A stretch of 61,567 nt of DNA, taken from IMG/VR virus record IMGVR_UViG_3300030108_005279, positions 1 to 61,567 of that record. One strand, 5' to 3'. The stretch comes from a virus. Taxonomy: Duplodnaviria > Caudoviricetes. Made by a program: the position numbers and the translations under genes. Shown here one piece after another: positions 9,301 to 20,022 of the stretch; the first letter of the stretch is position 1; every line of letters begins with the position of its first letter. Under the pieces are notes generated by a model that worked only from the letters and a program-made list of their open reading frames with translations, did no database searches and was not told the DNA's origin.

Positions 9301-12142
9301 TGTTTGACTGATTATTATTCCTTTCAAATCTTGGTAGAAGAGAATCCTTTGTGTTAAAGTCATTAGTCGCAGTTGCGCCTGGATTTCTACCTGGTTCATA
9401 TGTAAAGACCATATCATTAGAAACTGTCTTTACTGAGAATGTGCCATTATATCCACTGGTTGCAGCACCAACGATTGTAATATTGGGGTTTGTTGAGTCA
9501 GTAATATTTCGAATAATTACAGAATCACCAACTTTTAAATTGTGAGGTATTTCTGTTCGAATTGTAGCGTCAGGCTCTGAGTATGTGGCGGCACTAATGA
9601 ATCTTGGATTTCTTTCAAAATCAAAATCATTTAAAGTCAATGGGTCATCTTGATTTTTCTTGGAGAAATCAAGATCAGTTCTTATACCAGTGGAACTTGA
9701 TTCTTGTATGATAAATCCATTTTCAGGATTTTTAGAGGAAGTAAGTTGCTTTGGTATAACAACACGTAATTTATAAATCTTATCATCAATCTTTCTAACA
9801 TCAGATTTTCTTTTGATAAATGAGGGTTCTGTTCTTGCTCCGATACCTGCAACACCTGAAGAATTAATCGCTGTGTAGATATTATTTGAAGCATTTACAT
9901 GTACAAACCAATTACTATTTGTTGTGTCAAACTGAACTGGGTGACCTAAATCACCAACAGATTTATCTGAGACACGACTTAGCACTCTAATTTGAGATCC
10001 ACCATATATTTTTAATGGTTTTGCAATCGCTGCGTCTGCTGCGGAAGTTGCAATCTGTATCTGTGATGATGTTAATGTTGCTGGAGTTTCATCTGGATCT
10101 CGAAGACTATTTGTTGCATCTGTTATGGCAAAATATATTTGATTGTTTTCAATATTTTCTGGTAAATCACCAACCTCACTCTGAATAATAATTTTCTCAC
10201 CGTTCTCTAAAGAATGACCACCTAATGTCAATACACTATTACTAATAGTACTTGCAACATAATTTTTAATTGCTGAAGACTCATCATCAGACATTAATAT
10301 ATTCGCTTCCTTCTCAACATTACCGATTGAAACAAATAATTTCTCATTATTTTTTGCACCAACACGGAAACCTTGAGTTAATGCAGTTGGTTTAACATCT
10401 TTTGAATCAAATCCAAACAAATATAAATGAGTGCTGTCACCCACAGATGTTGTGACACCAACATCAAGAGACACCCAATCAATCACATCCTCAGTTTCTG
10501 TTATTGCTCGTGGTGTGATAATATTTGTCAAATACGCTTTATCATCTTTTGCAAATGCCTCTTTTTTAAATCCATCAGAGACAAGTGCAAGTTGTCCAAA
10601 GTTTGAGTTGGAGTTTGTAATTGATGCGTCACCACCATTTATTGCAGCGAAATGTTTATTGTAACCAATTGCAAACACTGATACAATCTGCATGATTGCA
10701 TCATTTGTAATCGTAATGTGACAATTTTCAAAATCTTTACGATAAATTGCTTTTGGATCTAAGTGATATATTTTCTCTGGGTTTGTTGATGATGATTCAG
10801 TTGCAAGATCTCCACCAATCTGTTCTGTCAGTGTAATTGCATCGTAACTACGTGAACTTTCATTATACTTAACGAAAGCACGATCATCTTTTTGTAATGA
10901 TACACCAGTGAACTGAGCAACAACCATTGAACGGAAACCAGTTGCCTTGTTTCCATCTGCTTTCATTCCATTCAATCCATAAACAGATCTCATTGAAATA
11001 TTGAAAACATATGGTGATGCACCAGAAACAGTGTCAGTTTCAATTACAACTTCACCGCCTGTAGCGTTACCTGGTGAAGTTAAGTTTTGTGGAAATGTTG
11101 GAAGAAGATATGTAAAAGTCTTACTATCAACAACAGTCGCAACTAATGTTGAGATATTATACTCGTTTGGATCAATGCCACTAATCTTGATGGGTGTTTC
11201 AGTGGATAACTCATGATCCACCTTTGTTCGTACAGTAACAATGTTTGATAGAACTCCACCACTACCAGCTTCAATAGTATCAATCTGAATTGGATCTGAT
11301 GCAAACGCACCAACAATTTCAAATTCAGGTCTCTTTGGTTCGAATCCTTCTGGATTTGCAGGAAACTTATCAATGCTATCAATAACTCTTGTAGATGACT
11401 CATTATATGCGTTTGATAATTTTGCATAGTACATCTCCAAGTCAGTAAGACCTGTAGATGTGATATTCACACCGTCAGCGTATTCAAATATAGTAAGTTT
11501 ATGATGAGAAAATGTAGCGTTTGCAAGGTTTGAACCAGATATATCTGTAGGATCTGTGTAAACATTACCCTTACCATCAAATACTGAGAACTGCCATAGG
11601 TAACAAGCACCTGTAATTCTGAAAATTGCAGAGGGAGAGATTGTTGATATGGTAGGATTTGGTACGTATTTTGGTCTTATCTTTGTTTTTCTTAAGTCAA
11701 GTCCAACGATTGAAGTACCTCTTGGTATGATAACTCCACCTTCTGTACTATTAAATTTACGAAGAACGTTATTTGGATCTGATAAATCAAAATTTGTATT
11801 TAAATCTAAAAATATACTCTCATTTCCTACAACTGCACCATTTACGTCTACTAATTGATATGTTCCTCCTGAAGATTGAATTGATAGACCTGGTCGGTTA
11901 TCAATCTCATGTTCACCAGGCATTAATAATATTGTTGTTCTCTCTGTGAAATCGTTTGAATCACCCGTTTGATACGAAAATCTTGCAGACTCTACTAATG
12001 CTCTCTGTAAAGTCTTGAATGGTCTGGCTAAAGAATTACCAGAGTTTGTAATACTATCTGTAGCATCTAAATCACTCGGACTCACATAAAGGATTCTTCC
12101 CTCAGTGTTCTTTATGAAATTATCTAACTTATTCAGTGGCAT
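6386..12142 (-). CDS. Large virion structural/tail fibre protein with C-terminal peptidase S74 intramolecular chaperone
   Basis: Cyanomyophage-type N-terminus MPLNKLDNFIKNTEGRILYVSP...RPFKTLQRAL; C-terminal ASDDRLKTN...GVSAQQIQKVLPEAV...YEKLVPLLIEAIKEL. Confidence 0.85.
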   Translation of the reverse strand: MPLNKLDNFIKNTEGRILYVSPSDLDATDSITNSGNSLARPFKTLQRALVESARFSYQTGDSNDFTERTTILLMPGEHEIDNRPGLSIQSSGGTYQLVDVNGAVVGNESIFLDLNTNFDLSDPNNVLRKFNSTEGGVIIPRGTSIVGLDLRKTKIRPKYVPNPTISTISPSAIFRITGACYLWQFSVFDGKGNVYTDPTDISGSNLANATFSHHKLTIFEYADGVNITSTGLTDLEMYYAKLSNAYNESSTRVIDSIDKFPANPEGFEPKRPEFEIVGAFASDPIQIDTIEAGSGGVLSNIVTVRTKVDHELSTETPIKISGIDPNEYNISTLVATVVDSKTFTYLLPTFPQNLTSPGNATGGEVVIETDTVSGASPYVFNISMRSVYGLNGMKADGNKATGFRSMVVAQFTGVSLQKDDRAFVKYNESSRSYDAITLTEQIGGDLATESSSTNPEKIYHLDPKAIYRKDFENCHITITNDAIMQIVSVFAIGYNKHFAAINGGDASITNSNSNFGQLALVSDGFKKEAFAKDDKAYLTNIITPRAITETEDVIDWVSLDVGVTTSVGDSTHLYLFGFDSKDVKPTALTQGFRVGAKNNEKLFVSIGNVEKEANILMSDDESSAIKNYVASTISNSVLTLGGHSLENGEKIIIQSEVGDLPENIENNQIYFAITDATNSLRDPDETPATLTSSQIQIATSAADAAIAKPLKIYGGSQIRVLSRVSDKSVGDLGHPVQFDTTNSNWFVHVNASNNIYTAINSSGVAGIGARTEPSFIKRKSDVRKIDDKIYKLRVVIPKQLTSSKNPENGFIIQESSSTGIRTDLDFSKKNQDDPLTLNDFDFERNPRFISAATYSEPDATIRTEIPHNLKVGDSVIIRNITDSTNPNITIVGAATSGYNGTFSVKTVSNDMVFTYEPGRNPGATATNDFNTKDSLLPRFERNNNQSNIYAYRGERISDYKESVQDGIFHIYPLNAGNHITEQFTTSNYSQNVTDLYPQLDRDNVNDSPNSTKTFANRTPLGKVTTNDLKKSITKETIDKLFTDVGIGVSISSVTPLSAGISTITFSREHGIAGITTGTLTGGGGYTNGTYNNVKLLNTSNTGTWQGATVNVIVASNAVTHADVVSQGSGYSAGTELFFDASVLSGSSDAKLTVSANNLTAATENYVQVAGIGTTAGGYFPITSVPSKTSIAIAQTSTDPEIVPFQYAFPAGHSVAIGTAILGSATGVTTLTSSRAHGLVAGNRVQIVSSSGATPYLNYGDYIVKSVSGVGTFSVTGQVKDPITGTLISAGTPNARVLKHNLSANDASSDASDENLSVRGAHIFGDEVLYIDSFTSQSLLKVSLPGSLASIPTRFPYGSYIQVDDEIMRISKATVTADNEITVIRGALGTRVESHDNGSLARKIKPIPIEFRRPSVLRASGHTFEYLGYGPGNYSTALPQLQTVSLTEKEEFLSQAQEKSAGAVVYTGMNDKGDFYIGNQKKSSLTGEETTFDTPVPTVTGEDAGRLSVVFDEVTVKERLIVEGGDNSQVLSQFDGPVTLNNEVRIKNTLDVSGKTKFSNTSEATSSTDAAVIFSGGVGINANSQFADDAKLKFGNDGDLEISHDGDHSIIKDRGTGNLILMSSLLTINNPNNTINIARFGQLSGAGSTNGVELYDDNIRRFATSGIGATVYGQLDITSGANVTGVVTATSFSGNVLGNIVGNIVGNVTGNADTAGKADGLTTSRTIGGVSFDGSANINLPGVNVSGNQDTSGTATQADKLKISGAGDLDETFPILMKQGFAGEEYFECKEDAGIAFNASNNNLSVVGDVVAFASDDRLKTNKLPIDNPLDKVMKIEGFTFNFNEIGSEVYDTSVRHVGVSAQQIQKVLPEAVVPAPINLVNDEDYLTVKYEKLVPLLIEAIKELNEKVEKLEQKLSDK

Positions 12143-12175
12143 GGTATGCTAATCTTCTTAAATTTCTCTATGTTC

Positions 12176-12182
12176 TATTTAG
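12176..12182 (-). promoter_or_regulatory. T4-type late promoter (CTAAATA)
   Basis: Matches the gp55 late-promoter variant about 35 nt upstream of the ATG at 12142. Confidence 0.6.
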
Positions 12183-12205
12183 TTAGGTAAAAAAACCAAA
12201 TAATT

Positions 12206-13267
12206 CTATGTGGCATGGATGACAACAGATACCATAGTTTTATCTACCCTATCTCCAGAATTGTTAGGATTAAAATTGATTATTTGCAGAGATCCAGTAG
12301 CAACATTATAAGAACCATCTGAAGCACCAGTATAGATAACACCATGAGTTGAACCATTATTGGGGGCATTACTATGTCCAAATGTCATAATGTAATTTGT
12401 ATTAGCGAAAGCTGTGCTGAAATTTATCGTATAATCACCAGTTCCATTATCTGCTACTGATGAAACATTATAACTATCTCTTATGGTGCAATTACCGCCA
12501 GTGTTGGTAGTGCCATCAAAATTAACAAATGCTTTTGGAGTATTAGATGCAGTTACAAAGCCTTGAACATCTAATTTTGACGTTGGAGCATCAGAACCAA
12601 TCCCTACGTTGCCAGAAGATGTAATTCGAAGTCTTTCATCATTACCACCACCATTAGTTCTTGTATGTAAAGTGAGATAACCAGCTTCAGAACTCGTAGC
12701 TTCTGTATTACCTCTTATCGCTGCTCTCACGATTGGATTTCCAGCAACACCAATTGCAGAGAATCCAAGACCACCACCCTTTCCTATTGCTTCAGATGCA
12801 GGATCATGAAGATTCATGGTTAAATCTACACTACCATAAGATGATGTTGGAAGAGAAAAATAAGCGTAGGGTAAAGTGCCAGCAGGTATATCACCAGAAT
12901 GCTGTATTAATTTTCCATCTGAGTCGATGCGAAGTCTTTCAGTACCAGCAGTTTCTGCTGTAATTGTATCAGCAGTAGGGAATCTAATTATAGTATCTGT
13001 GTCATCTTTATGCCTTATAGAATCAGTAATATCTACATTACCACCTACTGTAAGATCACCATTAACATCAAGTTTTGTTGCAAGAGTTGTGCTTTCAGAT
13101 ACAATCCGAAGTTTTTCATCACCTTGTATTTTAAAAGAAAGATCATCAGAAAAATCAAATGATGTGTCTTTTGTTTTGTTTTTTATATTACCATAAATCT
13201 CAAGGTCTTTGAGTAAAGTAACCTTTTCGTTAAACTGAGCATCATTACCTACGATTTCCATCGTCAT
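12206..13267 (-). CDS. Tail fibre-like protein
   Basis: ERLRIxSxG repeats, GNVGIG; C-terminal KAFVNFDG...SYNVSSVADNGTGDYTINF domain related to the 36198-37832 proteins. Confidence 0.7.
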   Translation of the reverse strand: MTMEIVGNDAQFNEKVTLLKDLEIYGNIKNKTKDTSFDFSDDLSFKIQGDEKLRIVSESTTLATKLDVNGDLTVGGNVDITDSIRHKDDTDTIIRFPTADTITAETAGTERLRIDSDGKLIQHSGDIPAGTLPYAYFSLPTSSYGSVDLTMNLHDPASEAIGKGGGLGFSAIGVAGNPIVRAAIRGNTEATSSEAGYLTLHTRTNGGGNDERLRITSSGNVGIGSDAPTSKLDVQGFVTASNTPKAFVNFDGTTNTGGNCTIRDSYNVSSVADNGTGDYTINFSTAFANTNYIMTFGHSNAPNNGSTHGVIYTGASDGSYNVATGSLQIINFNPNNSGDRVDKTMVSVVIHAT

Positions 13268-13800
13268 AACTTATCCCTCCCAACTCTTGATTTGGAGAAC
13301 ACTCGACCAACAAAAGATCCACCTGCTCCTCCCAATACATGGAAAATTGCTGCCATAATATTTCCACTTTTACCATTTGCTTGAACTTTATTTGCACTTA
13401 AATTAATTGTTTGAGGTGCGTTCAAACTTATATTTCTCCCTGCTTTAAGAGAAATATCTTCTCTTGCCTGAATTACAACACTGGATCCCTTGATTAAAAT
13501 ATCTCCATCACCTGTGCATGTGATTGCAATGTTTGCCTTTTGAGAAGCAATATTAATTCCAACTTCACCATTTACTTTCTTACCAGCGATTATTTCAACA
13601 TCACCCTCATTATGCAACATGTATTTTCCAGACTCATCCAGTGCAGAAAATTGTCTAACCTCATTATCAGTAGCAGCTCTTTGTAAGAAAACATTTGGTC
13701 CATTTTCTCCCATTTGAGGATTATTGACATCGAGACTATATTTCGGACCAAAAGAATCTATCAGTCTACGTTCCCAATTTTGATCTTTTCTTTCTGCCAT
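13264..13800 (-). CDS. Probable gp5 C-terminal beta-helix/spike-like protein
   Basis: Follows gp5; repeated short beta strands (DISLKAGRNISLNAPQTINLSA). Confidence 0.5.
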   Translation of the reverse strand: MAERKDQNWERRLIDSFGPKYSLDVNNPQMGENGPNVFLQRAATDNEVRQFSALDESGKYMLHNEGDVEIIAGKKVNGEVGINIASQKANIAITCTGDGDILIKGSSVVIQAREDISLKAGRNISLNAPQTINLSANKVQANGKSGNIMAAIFHVLGGAGGSFVGRVFSKSRVGRDKL

Positions 13801-16064
13801 TAGTATCCTCCTCCACCTGATGGTGGGCTACTGGTTGGTGGGTCACTTGGTGGTGTATAAGTTGATGTTGATGTATCAGTCATAATTTCACCAATCACCT
13901 CACCCTGTGTTGTAGTTGTGGTAGTTGTTGTTGGAGTTGTCATCATGGTTGTGATTCCTACAGATCTTGCTGATCTAAAACTTTCCTGAGGTGTATCATA
14001 TATTATTACATCGTTCCCAGTGTGTGATGCACCTGTCATTTTAACACCATTTGACATTATGTGATAAGGCCCTGTGTATGGTTTACCATTTATATAACCA
14101 ACAATATTGTTTATATTTGGACTGATACAGTCAATAACTTGAACGACTTCACCCTGTGGTGTAAGTGGTAGTCTACCGATCACAGGTTTGATAAAGGCAC
14201 CTGACCCTGTTTTTGATGTGACTGTGATTACTGGAAGATCTTGAATTTGTATATTATTTAGAGGTTTTGCAGATATAATTCTACCATTTTGTATGACTAA
14301 ATCATATCCTTCTGCAACCGCATCCACATATCCCTGACCAGTGTTTACTACAATCGTATCAATTACACCCACAGGAACTTGATCCGCATTTATCGCATCT
14401 AAATCATCTGCTGGTGATACTGGATAGTTTTCTCCAATCGATATCACATTTATTGCGGTGATTTGTCCGTAAGTTGGTGAACTTGGATTGAAATCTACTA
14501 CTGCCTCTGCTACAGAACCATATCCTTGATTACATGGATCTTCGAAGGTAATTAAAGGAGGCGAAGTAAAGTATCCTAAACCAGGATCTGTAATTTCAAC
14601 ACCTATAATACTACCTGTTCTTGAGAGGTCTGCAGTTACATCAGATAAACCATCAGTATTGCTTACAATACCACCCATAATTGCTTTTGCTACACCACCA
14701 ATTCCATCTCCACCAAAAATATTGACAACTGGAGGACCACAGAAATCGACATTCGCACAGTCTGGTTTGATAAATGGAGTGCCACCTGAATTTGAATTTA
14801 AATTACTTAATACATTATCTAATGAAGCGTTAATATCAAATGGTTTTTTCGACTTTCCTCCAGTCTTAATCGTTTTTATCTTTCCAACACATCTACTATT
14901 TTTTTGATTACAATCTACAAAGGCACCTGCACTCTTAAATAAATCTGATGAACTTCTCAAAACATCAGATACCTTAAACCCTGCTGACAAGATTGAGGAT
15001 AATCCATCTAATGCGTCATCTAAAGTATCTGATATCTCATCAATTATGCCATCTAATAATGACGCTGTGAACTGTTCAGCAATACATATACCTGTATTTG
15101 ACACTGATAATAATGCGTCGTTTAATAAATCTTGTATTGTTGTGTTTAAACCATTTACAATTTTACCTGGTGCACACTCCAACAAACTATCTAAACCCTT
15201 GACTTTTGGAATCAATGCTTCTTGAGCAGCGATAGCAGCAGATGGACCTGATATAGGAGCAATTTTGTCGTATAAACTCTCCAATCCACCCTGCATCTCA
15301 GGAACTAATTTTTCATATAAGTTGTTCATTGTATTCGACACAAGATTATTTGACATCTTCTGAATCTTACTTGTTGCTTGTGCAATATCTCCAAAGAAAT
15401 CTGTTCCTGAATCAACCGCTGCAACTAAGTCATCAAGAGTTGATGAAACCTCTGTGAGGAAATTATCGTCACAATCATTTGCAACATCGACACTTGCTCC
15501 AGTGGTGCTTGATATTGACTTTTCTTTAAATTCATCTTCCTTTTTCTCTTTATTTAAATTATCAACCTTTTTCTTATCTAATATTCTATTATTTTTTTGA
15601 TCTTCCTTATTTTGTCCACCAGCTTCTGAAGTAATTGTTGCATCATTTGGTTTAACTCTTTCAGTATAACCTGTAAAAGGTTCAAAACCAATTGTTGGAG
15701 CGTCTTGAGAAACATCACCTGTGCGCCCATATAAACCAAAAATGACTGGAATTTGTGCGTTGTCACCATCAAGAAAGAATCCGATAACAATATCACCTGG
15801 TCTGATGCGATCAGATCTAAAATAATTAGCACCTCCACTACCACCAGTTGGTGGAAGAAGAACAGATGCCCATGGTAAATCTTCATCAGATAAATCTTCT
15901 TTACTAAATGGATGATATCCAAGTATTCGAACCTTATGTCTACTTGCCCATCCCTCACCTTCTACTTGTGACTTATGAGCTTCTATTGGTGCGATTTGTC
16001 CGATCCACCAACGAAAACTATCTCTTCCTATAAAATTACTTTTTATGAGTGATTCGTCTATCAT
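13800..16064 (-). CDS. gp5: Baseplate hub subunit gp5-like (N-terminal OB domain, no recognisable lysozyme domain)
   Basis: FRWWIGQI...RHKVRILGYH...LPWA...GDIVIGFFLDGDNAQIPVIFG is the gp5 OB-fold signature; Thr/Pro/Ser-rich tail. Confidence 0.85.
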   Translation of the reverse strand: MIDESLIKSNFIGRDSFRWWIGQIAPIEAHKSQVEGEGWASRHKVRILGYHPFSKEDLSDEDLPWASVLLPPTGGSGGANYFRSDRIRPGDIVIGFFLDGDNAQIPVIFGLYGRTGDVSQDAPTIGFEPFTGYTERVKPNDATITSEAGGQNKEDQKNNRILDKKKVDNLNKEKKEDEFKEKSISSTTGASVDVANDCDDNFLTEVSSTLDDLVAAVDSGTDFFGDIAQATSKIQKMSNNLVSNTMNNLYEKLVPEMQGGLESLYDKIAPISGPSAAIAAQEALIPKVKGLDSLLECAPGKIVNGLNTTIQDLLNDALLSVSNTGICIAEQFTASLLDGIIDEISDTLDDALDGLSSILSAGFKVSDVLRSSSDLFKSAGAFVDCNQKNSRCVGKIKTIKTGGKSKKPFDINASLDNVLSNLNSNSGGTPFIKPDCANVDFCGPPVVNIFGGDGIGGVAKAIMGGIVSNTDGLSDVTADLSRTGSIIGVEITDPGLGYFTSPPLITFEDPCNQGYGSVAEAVVDFNPSSPTYGQITAINVISIGENYPVSPADDLDAINADQVPVGVIDTIVVNTGQGYVDAVAEGYDLVIQNGRIISAKPLNNIQIQDLPVITVTSKTGSGAFIKPVIGRLPLTPQGEVVQVIDCISPNINNIVGYINGKPYTGPYHIMSNGVKMTGASHTGNDVIIYDTPQESFRSARSVGITTMMTTPTTTTTTTTQGEVIGEIMTDTSTSTYTPPSDPPTSSPPSGGGGY

Positions 16065-17365
16065 ATTTCTCCGAATGAATCTCTAACTAATTTCATTGAT
16101 GTAAATGAACGATCAGGATCAAAGTGATGGCATAATTCCTTAATAATATATTTACCACTTGTTTCACTATCAAATCTTTCCGAATCCTCTCTGGATATTT
16201 TTGGAAACTTACAAGTGATAATATCTCCTGCACGTAAATCAGTATTACAAGGCACAATAATACTTAGTAATTGTGTAACCATTACATTATATCTCATCGC
16301 TGACTGTGCTTGATATTTCGTTGGATCTGCATTTTCAGTCGTTGATACATCAGGTTCAAATGTACCACGATCAATCACTTGAGAAAATACCCTTGATGGA
16401 ATATCACTTAAAGTTTTTTCAGAATCCTCTGATATTTGAGGAAGTTCAACTTTATTCCCTAATTTATCAATACCAGATTCATCAAATTTAAATTGTGCTT
16501 GTTTACATTTAAAAGTGAACGGATCAAAAGTAACTCTCACGGAAGAGTAAGTTCCTAATCTTAATTTTTCAAGCAAATTTTGATTCTTATCAACACCATA
16601 ATTTAAAATTCTAAAATCATTATTTGTTTCAGTTGAACTTTCATTAACCTCTGTGTATGTATAAGTTGCTTTTGATTTTTGTTTTGTAAGATTATCAATT
16701 GATTTAAATCTAAATCCATCTTGCGTTTGATAGAATAAAAATCCTGCAGTCGTATCACCAGATTTATCAAGCACTGATTTTGATGCTAACCATACTAATA
16801 TTGTGAATGGTTTTCTTAAGTTACCTATAAATTGATAGTCATTGCTTGTATCATCAACTTCATAACGATCTGTCTCAGTTGCAAGAACATCTTTTAATAT
16901 TGTTTCAACTGAGGTGCTTATCTTTGCAGAATATTTTTTAAACACTCTCGTGGTTTCATTTGAGATTGCTTCTCGTGACACAAGATTCAGCATGAAACTC
17001 TCTCTTTGTGATTCGGAGATTACTTCAGTAATACTTGAGACGATTAAGTTTCGATCTGGATCTGTAAAATCAAGTCCTGTCTTATCTTCACCTGAACCAG
17101 TCTTTCCGTGATCCAAAATTTTCATAGATAATCTCTCCCCACCACGAAGAGGAAGACCATTATAAATGGATTGCCTTTCTTTCTCTCCCTCTACTGCAAT
17201 TGTATCACCAGTGTTCACAACTCTCATCTTCGCGGTAATTGTAGGAGAGAATAAATCCTCATAATAATCAATCGAAATTGTACCGAGTTTTAAATCGACT
17301 GTTCTTGACCTATCATTTGATTCGATCGTGAGTTCTTCGTAGAGTGATGCTTCTGATGCTGACAT
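16061..17365 (-). CDS. Probable baseplate hub protein (gp27/late control D-like)
   Basis: IDYYEDLFSPTITA; FLFYQTQDGFRFKSID; LRAGDII...SGKYIIKELCHHF; immediately upstream of gp5. Confidence 0.55.
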   Translation of the reverse strand: MSASEASLYEELTIESNDRSRTVDLKLGTISIDYYEDLFSPTITAKMRVVNTGDTIAVEGEKERQSIYNGLPLRGGERLSMKILDHGKTGSGEDKTGLDFTDPDRNLIVSSITEVISESQRESFMLNLVSREAISNETTRVFKKYSAKISTSVETILKDVLATETDRYEVDDTSNDYQFIGNLRKPFTILVWLASKSVLDKSGDTTAGFLFYQTQDGFRFKSIDNLTKQKSKATYTYTEVNESSTETNNDFRILNYGVDKNQNLLEKLRLGTYSSVRVTFDPFTFKCKQAQFKFDESGIDKLGNKVELPQISEDSEKTLSDIPSRVFSQVIDRGTFEPDVSTTENADPTKYQAQSAMRYNVMVTQLLSIIVPCNTDLRAGDIITCKFPKISREDSERFDSETSGKYIIKELCHHFDPDRSFTSMKLVRDSFGEI

Positions 17366-18621
17366 TATGTGTATGCTGCGTCGGTTAAAATACTTTCCTT
17401 AATATTACTATTTAAGGACTTTCCTAATACGATGATATTAGTTTCACCACCACCTGCTTGTTGCACCACTGGTGGTATTGGTGGTAATATGTTATCAATA
17501 ATAATATCTTTACCTTTCTTTTGTGGAGTAATTGAACTTCCCAAATCCATTGGAGTAGGTAGTTTTGATATAATATTATCTTTTTTTACAGAAGTATCAA
17601 ATTTTTGAGTTTGACCATAATTTTGTATCTGTTCTTTTTTTGACATATTAGCAAACTTATTATATTCATCAGCTGAAACTTCTTTGTTGTTAATGTAAGT
17701 TTTTCCAGTCTCAAGATCAAACCTACCAGTAACTTCTCGCTCCATAGAAATTTTTTTAGTGATAACTTTTGCATCGATTTTATCTAATTCATTTTTACCC
17801 TTTTCGATAGCATCATTTAAATTATTACTAAGTTGATCAGTATCCTTATTTAAAATATTTGTTTCAGTTTTCAAAGTATCCAAAGCACCTTTATTCTCAT
17901 CTATTTTCCCTTTAGTTTCATTAACATTTGATGTAGCGTCACCTCCTAATCCTGTCTTTCCTAATTTTTTTGGATCCTCACTTTTCTTTGAATTAACTAA
18001 ACTAACACCCTTACCAATGTCTGTGATTAGATTTGTAAAAGCATCTTTCAATCCTCTTATTTTTTCTTTAATTGAATCTCCTATTTTACTAAAGTCAAGA
18101 TTTTTAAGTTTATCAATTGTGCCACCAATCACATCTTTGATACCACTAAAAAATTCACCAAATGATCCAAAGAATCCAATTATTTTATCATAAATGTCTT
18201 TTATTTTTTTGATTACTCCCTTAACTGAATCAATTATCTTTGGTAAATTTACAACAACCCAACCAATTAATACTGTTGAAATAAAATCTATTATTTTTTG
18301 TAAGACACCGCCACCTTTTTTCATAATTTTTGAAGGATTTGGTTTTTTTTCTTTATTATTTCTTTTTTCAAGCAATTCCTCTTCTTGTTTTCTCTTATCT
18401 CTTTCATTTTTTTTCTTCTGTGCCCTATCTTTTGACATAAATGTCTCTTTATTAATTTTTCTTTTTTTAATTACCGCCTTTTTAACATTACCTGCAACTT
18501 TCTTTGATTTTTTTAATACAGTGCCACCTTTCTTCATCGCCATCTTTCCACCTTTTGCGATTGCTCCTCCCGTCTTTGCGAGCATAGAACCTACTTTTAA
18601 TGCTGCTGCTGTGATTGCCAT
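17365..18621 (-). CDS. Helical Lys-rich tail/baseplate protein (tape-measure-like)
   Basis: Coiled-coil plus amphipathic/hydrophobic segment; synteny between gp51 and the hub. Confidence 0.45.
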   Translation of the reverse strand: MAITAAALKVGSMLAKTGGAIAKGGKMAMKKGGTVLKKSKKVAGNVKKAVIKKRKINKETFMSKDRAQKKKNERDKRKQEEELLEKRNNKEKKPNPSKIMKKGGGVLQKIIDFISTVLIGWVVVNLPKIIDSVKGVIKKIKDIYDKIIGFFGSFGEFFSGIKDVIGGTIDKLKNLDFSKIGDSIKEKIRGLKDAFTNLITDIGKGVSLVNSKKSEDPKKLGKTGLGGDATSNVNETKGKIDENKGALDTLKTETNILNKDTDQLSNNLNDAIEKGKNELDKIDAKVITKKISMEREVTGRFDLETGKTYINNKEVSADEYNKFANMSKKEQIQNYGQTQKFDTSVKKDNIISKLPTPMDLGSSITPQKKGKDIIIDNILPPIPPVVQQAGGGETNIIVLGKSLNSNIKESILTDAAYT

Positions 18622-20022
18622 TTACACCACCACCCCGTATTGTGTCTGTGAAAATGTTGAGTAAAAATTATTTGGATTTGATGTTGCAATCAATGGAACA
18701 TCAGATTGTCTACCAGATTTCAATGGTTGATCACCACTTTTTTTACTTTCTAAATTATTTACAATAACATTTGGTGCATTATCATCAACTGCAGATAAAT
18801 TTGGATTTTTTTGAACTTTCGAAATATTGTTTGAATTTGATGGAGTTATAGTTTGTGAGTTACCATTAATCATAGCTTCATATTTCGCACGAACTTCCGC
18901 TTCTAATTGTTTTTTCTTTTCTAAATCTTCTTTTGTAAAATATGCTTGACCTTTATCTCTACCCGCAGTTTTAACACCACTCTTTTCAACTGTTGCCTTC
19001 TGTGCATCCATTTCTTTTCTCATACTATCTCTTATACCTATCACTTTATCTCTTTGTGTAATATAGTTTGCAACTATTTCTTTTTGTTCTGGTGTTCCTG
19101 CTTTTTCTACAGTTTCTTGTCCTCTTCCTCTAGAATTTGCCTTTCCAACATAAAACTTTTCATTTTTACCTGATCCTTTAATCGTAATACCAGCTTCTGT
19201 TAGAGGACCTTTGAGATCATCAAATTTTTGTTTAAACTTTTGACCACCAGCAGCTTTCGTTGATGCTGCGTCAACTGCCTTTTTCATTCCAAAGAGAACA
19301 CCAACTCCTGCTGCTAATCCCAGTGCAATCAAACCTGCAGGAGACAATAAAAATCCAAGAATTGCACTTCCAACTGTCCCTATCACAGCGATTACTTTTG
19401 CGATTATTGCTGGTAGTGCCAATATTCCAACATTCATAGCAAGAAATACACCTCCAACAACCGCAAGTGCACCAACAACATTCATTCCAATTTTTTTCAA
19501 CTTCTCCTTATCACCATCCATAAACGCTTGAATTGCTTTTAACCCTTTATCAGTCAACCAACCAACGAATATTAATTCAAACGCTGCCATTAATTTAGAC
19601 AATATACCTTTTGCTTTTTTGCCAACCGCCTTGACCGGTGCGAGTAAAGCATTCTTCAATCTCTCAGGGACTTTCTCTAATAATCCTTCCTTCTTTTTTC
19701 GGTTTTCCTTTTCTCCTGCCAATAATAATTGACGATTTTCTTTTGCTGTATCCTTTTTCTTTTCCTCTGCGTCAGTGATTATAAAGTTAGATATTTTTTG
19801 TAGAGTTTCTTGAATATTTGCAATCGACTTCATCACAGATTCCATATTTGCCTGAGGTTTATCAACCTTGACTATTGCAGACTTATCAAATACTTTGCTT
19901 GGATCAAGTTTTCTTTTTCTAAGTTTAAAAACCTGCTTTCTTTCATCAGGAGACAAGTACTCTCCTGTCTTCGGATTGACTCCTGTAAACTCTGGATTTA
20001 ATTTTGGTAGAAGACTAGCCAC
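18622..20022 (-). CDS. Tape-measure-like / gp29-position protein with hydrophobic segments
   Basis: GTG start; long Ala/Gly/Leu hydrophobic stretch flanked by coiled coil; synteny. Confidence 0.45.
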   Translation of the reverse strand: MASLLPKLNPEFTGVNPKTGEYLSPDERKQVFKLRKRKLDPSKVFDKSAIVKVDKPQANMESVMKSIANIQETLQKISNFIITDAEEKKKDTAKENRQLLLAGEKENRKKKEGLLEKVPERLKNALLAPVKAVGKKAKGILSKLMAAFELIFVGWLTDKGLKAIQAFMDGDKEKLKKIGMNVVGALAVVGGVFLAMNVGILALPAIIAKVIAVIGTVGSAILGFLLSPAGLIALGLAAGVGVLFGMKKAVDAASTKAAGGQKFKQKFDDLKGPLTEAGITIKGSGKNEKFYVGKANSRGRGQETVEKAGTPEQKEIVANYITQRDKVIGIRDSMRKEMDAQKATVEKSGVKTAGRDKGQAYFTKEDLEKKKQLEAEVRAKYEAMINGNSQTITPSNSNNISKVQKNPNLSAVDDNAPNVIVNNLESKKSGDQPLKSGRQSDVPLIATSNPNNFYSTFSQTQYGVVV